From positions 32,001-96,000 of the IMG/VR virus record IMGVR_UViG_3300047382_000480: DNA of 64,000 nucleotides; one strand, given 5' to 3'. The translations under genes were made by a program, and so were the position numbers. The stretch is from a virus. Under the pieces are notes generated by a model that did no database searches, was not told the origin of the DNA, and saw nothing but the letters and a program-made list of their open reading frames with translations. Below, in pieces: positions 56,157-64,000 of the stretch (position 1 is the stretch's first letter; the number at the start of each line of letters is the position of its first letter).

Positions 56157-56360
56157 TTACCTATTTTTTAGAATTATCTGAATGGCATCTTTTATCTGCG
56201 CCAAGTCTTCTTTAAGACTATTTATATCATCGCATACTTCATCTAGTTTTTTAGATTGCCTTTTTTTCGCGCGATATTGCTGTAATCCTGCCAAATCTTT
56301 GCTTATTAGAGCATTGCTGTTTGGGTCTCTGGAATATTTATCGGTAGTAAAATCAGCCAT
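56157..56360 (-). CDS. Small coiled-coil hypothetical protein
   Basis: RD.NS.ALI...Y...K...INSLKEDL.QIK pattern, usual after the large structural gene. Confidence 0.7.
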   Translation of the reverse strand: MADFTTDKYSRDPNSNALISKDLAGLQQYRAKKRQSKKLDEVCDDINSLKEDLAQIKDAIQIILKNR

Positions 56361-56370
56361 TTATGAAATC

Positions 56371-59300
56371 CTATACTTGTAACGCAATTGCTCTCAGATT
56401 CTTACACTGAGGAACATTAGACGTATTATCCGTTAACATTACAATTTTTATCGCAAACTCCTTGAATGTTACGAAATTTGTTGTAGAAAGTGTTGCCGTT
56501 GCTGTGGCGCCAGAACCGCCACCCCCAGAAATTGTTAATGTTGGTGTAGCAGAATTAGTTGCGTATCTTCCTGGATCTGTTATGACAATAGAGGAAACCG
56601 CACCTGCGCTCAACACAGCAATTGCTTTAGCTTGCCTTGTTGACGTACCGCCTGTAATTGTTACAGTTGGTGGGCTAGTATATCCAGAACCCCCAGCACT
56701 AACAGTTGTCGATCCAACACGCTTAGTTGCATATGTAAGAACGTCGGATCCATTGAGGTTTGCATTATCGATAGTGTATCTATGCTCAACAAAACCTGTT
56801 TGACTCAACCCTCTGTTATCTGGTATTGAATCTTCTTTTAACAAGAACCAATCAAGTTCTTGTCTTAGATCAGCATCGTCTTCTGCTGCCATGAATTTAC
56901 CATAAACCTTTATTTCAGAACCAAATGGAGTTTTTTGGTCTAGATAAACTTTCAGGTCTTGTGCATCTTGACCATCTGACAATCTAACTGTCTTAGAGAT
57001 ATATTTAGCAAGAGCACTTCCGCTATTATTTGCGTCTTCATTGGTTGAGTTGTTATTAATGATATTTTGAGTCGCGATGAATCCACATCTAGATAAGTCA
57101 ATAACTGGACTTATGAATTTACTAGAAGTTAACATCTTCGCCTCACTCTTGAAGGACTTAGCACCACTCAAGTTAGCATCTTCGTTTGATTTAGAATATA
57201 CAGCATATTCTTTGTTTGTTATTTGTTGTTCCTGCTTAACAATTTTCCTAGAAGTTGTTCCAGCTGCAGCAACACCAGTTGAGTCTGTTGGAGTGTAGCT
57301 GTGATCAACCCTAGTTTGAGGAAGAACTATTTCACCAAAGTTTAACTGCAGTTTGTTAAAGATTTTATTATCAATGGTTTCAAGTTTTCCTTGAGTAGAA
57401 CCATTACCAATAATATCGTTAACATCAAAATCAGATTTTGTAAGTTGGATCCTAGCAACATCGTTTAAAGAAGAATACCTTTCGACAGCACCAGTCTTTG
57501 TTACAACATCGACTATCATACCAGTACCAGAGCCAGTTGTCCCAGATTGTGCTACATTTGTTCCATCTGCAGTAAACCCAGAACCCAACTCTTCAATACT
57601 AAACGCAGTAACAACATTAGATTGGACTTGCGTTACTTTAAGTTTTAAACCAGTACCGCCACCAAACCCCGCAAAGGTTATCACGTCATTAACAGAGTGT
57701 CCAGTTCCCCCATTATCTAATGTTACATTAAATGAGTGAAGGTTGTCACCAGCTTCAAACGCTCCATTGGTGTACTCAACCATTGATAGAAAATCTATTG
57801 GTCCATTAGTGAATTTTGCTGATCCTTCAGTATCAGTTGTAAAGTTACAACGATAAATTCTATGCATTAGATCTTCGGCTTGGAACGCATTCCAAGATCT
57901 GTTGTTTGACGAAACAAACAAAACACCGCCAGTAACATCTTCTGCAACAATTCTTTGAGTGGTTCCTACCTTATTTTCTCCCAACTCTGAAACCCAAACT
58001 TCATAATCTGGGCTATTTCCTTGAGGTAGTGTTACAATACAATATTCTCTACCGCCTTCCAAGAAAACTGGGGAATCAAACGTAACGCCAGTTGCAGAAA
58101 ACGTAACTGTTCCGTCTGATGCTTCTGATGAGATATTAACCTGAGAAGGAGAAAGATATTTGGAACCATATGGTAGAACTCTAGATCCAGGATACCCATT
58201 TACAACTTCACGAAGTTGAATAGTTATACCATCAGTAGAAGATTTATTTCTGAAATAAAGGTCTATTTTAGGGCAGAATATCCCTTCTTTATTTGAGACA
58301 ATAAAGGTCTGCGCAGTTGGATCGTCAGTTGTTAAGTCGACGTCTACTGAAACATTACTTGTTATGTCCTCAGTTCGCACATCAGTTACTACTTCAGCAA
58401 CTACTTGTGGATCTCCAGCTTGAGTTCCTGTCGTGAAAGATGGAACCTGCGTAGAAACGATAGTTCCTTGCGAAATAACATCAAGACCAAACGAAGAATA
58501 TGTAGATTCAGTTGACGTAGTTGTAAACCCATCCCTGTTCAGGACATCATCAGTTAAACGAAGGATTTTTTCTCCAATGCGGAAAGTTTCTGCTGGTATT
58601 CTAAATTGAGCTGCAAGTCTTCCTTCTGAATCTGTCACCAGAGGAGTTCCAAATGCATTTGTTGTTTCATTGAAATCTGACCAGAAGTTGTTGACCCCTG
58701 AAGACAATCTAGAAGTAAATGTTGAATATGTTAATTTACGACAATGATCAGAAACTGGGTCTCCGTCAAAATATGCATAAACGCGAGTATTTGGTTTTAA
58801 TCTTGTCGCGTGGAATGTGACATTTTGAGATCTCATGAAAGGTGTGAAACCAATATCAGTTACTCGATCGCCAAAATCTTGCGTGACTGTATCGCTTCCA
58901 GTAGAATTAATTGTTAAAGTATCAACCGATTGAGATATAGCTGCAGAATCAACGACTTGTGTCATAGAAGCATCAAAACTAACATCTACTGTTGAGTCTA
59001 CGTTTCCGCGACGCCCACCTCGATCAGTGTCTCCATCGCTACCACCAAACTCAATATCTTGTGTGTCTGATGTTACACCACCCATAGTAGTGTTAACACC
59101 ATTAACGATACCCGCATTTCCTAGAGAATCAGTAAGATTTTCTAAACCTTGTGCGATTGCACTATTCTCAACAATTTGATCGCCACCATCTTCCATTGCA
59201 ACAAAGTTATCTGATTGAGGATAAAGTTGCAAATCACCTTTATAATTGAACAACAAAGAACCAATACAATTCCTAAATTTAGAGGCATTAATATTTCGTT

Positions 59301-62300
59301 GATTATCCACTAATGTGTATGGAAGAGTTACTAAATTTCCTGTTTTGGTTACACCAGAAGAATTAGAATTATCAAATAGAACGTCAACCTGTTCTTCTTC
59401 GAAGTTTGCTGTGAGGAATTTGTTTCTTGTGTCAACTGCAGCATTAAAATCAGGGTCTCTGAGATTACTTAATCCATGGTCTGCGAAATTATGAATAAAG
59501 ATACCATTCTTAAATCTATTGTTTCCTGAGGAATCTGTAATAACAAGGTTCTCGGTATCCTTCTCAAGCATATTCATAGAAGTGTAATACTCAAGGCGAT
59601 TTATCCGTTTTTCTATGGCACCAATATCTGACATGGTGTAGCGTCTATTTTGTTTAACGGCAATTGTACAAGATAAATCTTTCCTTCCGCTTGTTCTGCC
59701 AATATATGGCGATAAAGAAGGATATGGTGGTATTGTTACCTTACCCAATTCCATAGCTGTAATAGGAGCAACAGGTGATTTTGGATTCAGCCTTGCAGCA
59801 CCCTTAATTACATCGACAGTACCCTTTTCTCCGATAACAATTTTATCAATTCGAGACAAATAATATTCTGCATCTGTAGTATATGATTCTGTTGGAACAG
59901 GCATTTCATAACCACCAGAAACAGTTCTGAGGTCGTTTGCTTCTATTGGATTTATGGTCGCTTGCGCTAAAGAAGTCGCGTCTGCCGAAGTATGATTAAC
60001 AAATGGTCGGAAATCAACACAATCCCTTAGATCATATTTCCCGCTCTTCTTAGAATAAAATACTGGTATTTCGTATGTGTAAATACCAGTCGAACCTGTG
60101 TCGTCAACAGGGTAAGAATCAATAGCAAAGTATGATCCAACCGAAGTACTGTAGTTCGGATCAAGATAAGAAAGTTTAACAACAATTGATTTGCCATTTG
60201 TATTCAATCTTGACTTCGGCTTCTTAATTAGTTTTGCATGGTCATAAACATTCTCTTTTTGACCATTATCCAATATAAACTGATCTTTGTGGTCAGTTCC
60301 AGTTTCAGTATAAGAAGATCCGACATAAACCCCTTCAATCTTGTATACATTACAGAAACCCAAGTTCCAAGGTCCAAATTGACCACCATCATTGGTACTT
60401 GTATCAATTTTAACATATCTAGTTTTTTTAGCAACAAATTGTACTGGAACTACGTCAGTTTGTTTGACTTTTATTTGCAGAGTTACATCAGTTGCGGCAG
60501 AAAGACTATTTCCAATATCAAAATTAATTGCAGTATTAGAAATAGATGTTATCATAGAAGGTGTTAATCTAAATGGCTCACCTTTTTTGTATAACGTATT
60601 ATCTAATGTCACATCAGATTGGAATACCAAATAAAACTCATTATCAAGTTGAGTTTGTGTTGGTGTTGAAGAATACGGGAAAGACTCTGTTCCTGTAACT
60701 GTTACAGTTGACACACCAGAAACTGAAACCTCAGCGGTAAACTCTTTCTGATATGTATAATTATTATCGTATGTTCCACCTGTATCAACCGCAAAAGTTT
60801 TTGCAGCCTTAAATGGAGCTCTGAATACCAGCTGATTAGAATTTGATTCTTTGAGAACTGCTTTACTGCTTTCCAATACTGGGTCAGCAAACCCATTCAT
60901 TGTAGAGTCTTCGTTGTAGATAGTTCTAATATCATCAAAAGAACCGCCAAACATACGAATATCATAAAGATATAAACGATATTTACATGCTGCAGCATTT
61001 ACTGTTCCGCTTTCATAACGGATTTGCCTTATACGTGCTTGACCGATAATCGTAGAAGGAGCAGCATGGTTTGAATAGGTATTATCTGATGCTGCATTAG
61101 AAGCAGTATTACCGAATTTTAATAATGACCCATCTTTAATGTCCCAGTTACCAGCAACTTCATCAACAATGATATAATTACCATAGTTGGTTGATACTGT
61201 AAATCCTTCTTCAACTACACTTTCGTTGCCCTTTTCCACCTTAACATATGTTGGAGAAAGGAACTCTCGCCTATATCCATTAACGTAGGCAAGACCACGA
61301 CCAACACCAACAGCGATATGATCCGCTGAGCCACCACTGCTTGTATCTAGCAATCCTCTGTTAGAAGATGTTTTTAAATGTTCCCTTACAGTAACCTCAA
61401 AATTGCGGATAACATAGTTCCCGCTTTCGTCAAATGTTCTTAATGCAAGTTGTGCGCCAAGTTTGTTGTAATAATCTAAATCACCGATATCGTCACCGCG
61501 AGATAATAGACCATCTTCAACTGTATATAAAGAAATGAAATCAGAATCATTGGTTGCGGTCAAAGCCAATTTTGCGATTTCAGTAGAAGTCTTATAACGA
61601 TCAGCCCCTGGAGCATTAAAATTAAATGTTCCTGATGCTGGGTCGTTCAATGTACTGTCTGCATCAGAAGTTACAATAGAATCTTTGAATTTGACACCAA
61701 CATAATAATTTGCTGATGTCTTATATTTTTCAAGATTAATTGTTTGTGTATCGTGATATACAAAGTAACCATCGATATACAAAATACCTTCTTCAATTAC
61801 AAAATCTAACCCTTTACCGAAATAATTTCTAGTTACATCGCTTGAATCTGTTCCGTTATCGACAACAAATGTGTTACCATTTCTGCCGTTATCGGTAGAT
61901 GTTACTGTAAGAGTTTCCCCTGCTTCAAAGTGAAGATATGACCCAGTAGCGTTACCTTCCGTGTATTCTATATAAAATGTCTTTTTATCTACGGCATCTG
62001 TATCTAACCCTGTTGCGGTTTTTGAGATCTTTGCCTTAAGACCGCTAGTTCCACCAGTCACAATATCACCGACATAATTCGCCAAAGTGTCATTAGCAAC
62101 AGTCGCTGAAGATGCATCAAGATCATTCAACTTAATGAAATCTCTGACTAGAGGTGCACCTGATGCCCCCTTTACTCTTGCCCCATCTTTAAAAAGATGA
62201 TCAGCAAAATTACCCACAGTATCTTGTAAAATAGTCTGTAGTTGTGTTAGTTCCCTTGCCTGTACAGCAACTCCAGGCTTGAACAGTATGCGAGAAAACT

Positions 62301-62355
62301 TTTTCGCATCATCGAAATTGTCAAAATATGGGCTTGTATTTAGATTTAGAGCCAT
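56371..62355 (-). CDS. Very large virion structural protein (DUF4815/VrlC-like)
   Basis: PYFD.FD..K.F.RILFKPG.AVQARELTQLQ, APGADR, RTFDESGNY, RYTM.DIG.IEKRI..LEYY, DP.AQTF, C-terminal LRAIAL. Confidence 0.88.
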   Translation of the reverse strand: MALNLNTSPYFDNFDDAKKFSRILFKPGVAVQARELTQLQTILQDTVGNFADHLFKDGARVKGASGAPLVRDFIKLNDLDASSATVANDTLANYVGDIVTGGTSGLKAKISKTATGLDTDAVDKKTFYIEYTEGNATGSYLHFEAGETLTVTSTDNGRNGNTFVVDNGTDSSDVTRNYFGKGLDFVIEEGILYIDGYFVYHDTQTINLEKYKTSANYYVGVKFKDSIVTSDADSTLNDPASGTFNFNAPGADRYKTSTEIAKLALTATNDSDFISLYTVEDGLLSRGDDIGDLDYYNKLGAQLALRTFDESGNYVIRNFEVTVREHLKTSSNRGLLDTSSGGSADHIAVGVGRGLAYVNGYRREFLSPTYVKVEKGNESVVEEGFTVSTNYGNYIIVDEVAGNWDIKDGSLLKFGNTASNAASDNTYSNHAAPSTIIGQARIRQIRYESGTVNAAACKYRLYLYDIRMFGGSFDDIRTIYNEDSTMNGFADPVLESSKAVLKESNSNQLVFRAPFKAAKTFAVDTGGTYDNNYTYQKEFTAEVSVSGVSTVTVTGTESFPYSSTPTQTQLDNEFYLVFQSDVTLDNTLYKKGEPFRLTPSMITSISNTAINFDIGNSLSAATDVTLQIKVKQTDVVPVQFVAKKTRYVKIDTSTNDGGQFGPWNLGFCNVYKIEGVYVGSSYTETGTDHKDQFILDNGQKENVYDHAKLIKKPKSRLNTNGKSIVVKLSYLDPNYSTSVGSYFAIDSYPVDDTGSTGIYTYEIPVFYSKKSGKYDLRDCVDFRPFVNHTSADATSLAQATINPIEANDLRTVSGGYEMPVPTESYTTDAEYYLSRIDKIVIGEKGTVDVIKGAARLNPKSPVAPITAMELGKVTIPPYPSLSPYIGRTSGRKDLSCTIAVKQNRRYTMSDIGAIEKRINRLEYYTSMNMLEKDTENLVITDSSGNNRFKNGIFIHNFADHGLSNLRDPDFNAAVDTRNKFLTANFEEEQVDVLFDNSNSSGVTKTGNLVTLPYTLVDNQRNINASKFRNCIGSLLFNYKGDLQLYPQSDNFVAMEDGGDQIVENSAIAQGLENLTDSLGNAGIVNGVNTTMGGVTSDTQDIEFGGSDGDTDRGGRRGNVDSTVDVSFDASMTQVVDSAAISQSVDTLTINSTGSDTVTQDFGDRVTDIGFTPFMRSQNVTFHATRLKPNTRVYAYFDGDPVSDHCRKLTYSTFTSRLSSGVNNFWSDFNETTNAFGTPLVTDSEGRLAAQFRIPAETFRIGEKILRLTDDVLNRDGFTTTSTESTYSSFGLDVISQGTIVSTQVPSFTTGTQAGDPQVVAEVVTDVRTEDITSNVSVDVDLTTDDPTAQTFIVSNKEGIFCPKIDLYFRNKSSTDGITIQLREVVNGYPGSRVLPYGSKYLSPSQVNISSEASDGTVTFSATGVTFDSPVFLEGGREYCIVTLPQGNSPDYEVWVSELGENKVGTTQRIVAEDVTGGVLFVSSNNRSWNAFQAEDLMHRIYRCNFTTDTEGSAKFTNGPIDFLSMVEYTNGAFEAGDNLHSFNVTLDNGGTGHSVNDVITFAGFGGGTGLKLKVTQVQSNVVTAFSIEELGSGFTADGTNVAQSGTTGSGTGMIVDVVTKTGAVERYSSLNDVARIQLTKSDFDVNDIIGNGSTQGKLETIDNKIFNKLQLNFGEIVLPQTRVDHSYTPTDSTGVAAAGTTSRKIVKQEQQITNKEYAVYSKSNEDANLSGAKSFKSEAKMLTSSKFISPVIDLSRCGFIATQNIINNNSTNEDANNSGSALAKYISKTVRLSDGQDAQDLKVYLDQKTPFGSEIKVYGKFMAAEDDADLRQELDWFLLKEDSIPDNRGLSQTGFVEHRYTIDNANLNGSDVLTYATKRVGSTTVSAGGSGYTSPPTVTITGGTSTRQAKAIAVLSAGAVSSIVITDPGRYATNSATPTLTISGGGGSGATATATLSTTNFVTFKEFAIKIVMLTDNTSNVPQCKNLRAIALQV

Positions 62356-62364
62356 TTCTTTACC

Positions 62365-63969
62365 TTAAAAGTTAAATACCACTTTCAGCGTTTCTACCTG
62401 ATTTTCATCGCGAGTGATAGGTCTACGATTGTCAATATAGAGAATCTCACCAGAATGATTACTTATTTCTGGTGTTGTCAGGCTATTTATAGTTATTCCT
62501 GTATCGCCTGTAGTCACATTTGTGAATGATGACGATGATCCGATTCCAGGATATTTTTGTAATAGATAAACTGTATCTTTAGTTCCGTTACCTGTAGTAT
62601 CTATTGACTGAATTACACTAAACTCACCGCCATCGTTAGTTTGCAGCACATCATCTAAATTAAATTTTGTTATATTTGAAGAAGATACTGTTACAACGTG
62701 ACATGGAGTTCCAACTGTTGATGTAAATGTTGCAGTCTCTGCAAAATTATGCATATTTTTGATAATACCAACTTGTCTAAACTCATTACCAATAATTATG
62801 TCATTTTCGTCGGAGGTGAAAGAAACAGTTACGCCAATATTTTTGGCGAAAAGTTCTCTAGGAGGATTACCTCCGTGACCAGAGTTTGGGGCTACAACTG
62901 GTCTTAATATTGCAGATGTACCAGCACCAATCGATTGCGTTATTTCAATGTCAATAAAAGTGTAATTGGATCCAGGATTAGTCACTATCACATCAGTAAT
63001 AGTTCCAGCAGTATTAACGATAGCAGAAGCAGTTGCACCAGTCCCGTCACCCTTTACAACTAGTGCTACATCTCCTTCAACGTAATCAACACCACCATTT
63101 GTGACAGAAACACGATCCAAAGTACCTTTCACTGCTGCAGCCTCGACCGAGGACTGAAGTGATGGTGTTTCTGAAGAACCGAGTGCAGCTGTAGCAGTAG
63201 CACCCGATCCACCGCCACCAGTAAGTTTGATGAACGCAAAGGAATAACCTCTGCCCTCGCTAGTGATGGTTATACCTGTCACCTGACCACCCGAAACAGT
63301 AGCAGTTGCAACTGCCCCTGTTCCATCGCCTTCTATGACAACAGTGGGCGCAGAACTATACCCAGAGCCACCAGCAGTTACTGTTATTGAATCCAATTCA
63401 CCATTTACATCAAATGCTGGATTACCTGCGCCTGAAACTTTGCGGACAGGAATAAAGTTAGTGTTCAAAAATTTAGTTCTGTCTGCAGAACCAATTTGGA
63501 ACATAAACTTCCACATGTAACCATCATCCAAGGTGAACGTGTCTGTTGCAGTTGATGTTGGTTTAATCGTACTTTGAGCATTGTTGTTATTCTCAAGGCA
63601 CTTATAAACATTGAATTCATCTGTGACTACATAGAACTTGGCGTCAGACAAATTAGTTGCACCACTGTATGCTGGATGATTGTCTGCGTATTCGTCATCG
63701 TACTGGTCGTAAATTGTACCAGAAACCCAGTCATACCTTGGAGCAAGCAATACTGCATCAGATGCATTTATTCGTTTAACGAATAACATATCTTGGCGAT
63801 ATTGTGATTGGTAATACTGAGAGTCACGGGGATTCTCGGGAGTCGTATCGTCATCCCAAGGTCTCGCCCTCGAAGCAAACATATAGAAAAAGTCGTTTTC
63901 GTTAAATATATCTCTATAAAACGAACGAGCATTTTCTACCCTTGCAGCTGATCTTAGTAATAATGCCAT
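62365..63969 (-). CDS. gp8: Baseplate wedge subunit gp8-like, with inserted GGSGY modules
   Basis: [55 protein letters not shown]...Q.E. Confidence 0.88.
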   Translation of the reverse strand: MALLLRSAARVENARSFYRDIFNENDFFYMFASRARPWDDDTTPENPRDSQYYQSQYRQDMLFVKRINASDAVLLAPRYDWVSGTIYDQYDDEYADNHPAYSGATNLSDAKFYVVTDEFNVYKCLENNNNAQSTIKPTSTATDTFTLDDGYMWKFMFQIGSADRTKFLNTNFIPVRKVSGAGNPAFDVNGELDSITVTAGGSGYSSAPTVVIEGDGTGAVATATVSGGQVTGITITSEGRGYSFAFIKLTGGGGSGATATAALGSSETPSLQSSVEAAAVKGTLDRVSVTNGGVDYVEGDVALVVKGDGTGATASAIVNTAGTITDVIVTNPGSNYTFIDIEITQSIGAGTSAILRPVVAPNSGHGGNPPRELFAKNIGVTVSFTSDENDIIIGNEFRQVGIIKNMHNFAETATFTSTVGTPCHVVTVSSSNITKFNLDDVLQTNDGGEFSVIQSIDTTGNGTKDTVYLLQKYPGIGSSSSFTNVTTGDTGITINSLTTPEISNHSGEILYIDNRRPITRDENQVETLKVVFNF

Positions 63970-64000
63970 GTCTAACTCCTATACGTTAGGTTTAGGTGTC

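Noticed and set aside
56219-56226. TATAAATA inside the 67 aa ORF, and CTAAATA variants at about 32579 and 53959, as late promoters
   Set aside because: They are plausibly positioned, but short AT-rich matches overlapping coding sequence cannot be told from chance without TSS data.
1-64000. tRNA genes, rRNA genes or genome-wide stop-codon reassignment
   Set aside because: No cloverleaf was recognised in the short intergenic gaps, and core genes are full length in the standard code with TAA, TAG and TGA all used as stops.

Overview
A 64 kb segment of an AT-rich, T4-like myovirus genome with marine-type gene content. No photosynthesis genes are present; a proteobacterial host is inferred from a ROSE-like hsp20 leader and an IHF-like site. 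Almost all genes are on the minus strand. In transcription order (right to left): baseplate and large virion proteins (gp8, a 1994 aa structural protein, fibre-like proteins); an embedded island of glycosyltransferase, methyltransferase and oxygenase-like genes, six of them on the + strand; a 1709 aa tail fibre with an S74-type chaperone; the neck/tail/head module (gp13-gp23, gp3); uvsY, uvsW, gp55, gp47 and gp46; auxiliary genes (peptide deformylase, CobT-like VWA protein, CobS AAA ATPase); a ketoacyl synthase + desaturase + GNAT-like cassette; and the replisome block (gp45, peroxiredoxin, gp44, gp62, regA, hsp20, gp43, uvsX, gp41). The main candidates for new systems are the lipid/acyl cassette at 10.3-13.5 kb and a possible virion glycosylation system at 47.4-55.1 kb next to Ser/Thr/Tyr-repeat fibre proteins. 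The regulatory layer includes ten TTGACT-type sigma70 promoters (one antisense with no ORF), apparently leaderless core genes and an RNA thermometer. All protein calls come from motif recognition by eye; no database search was run.
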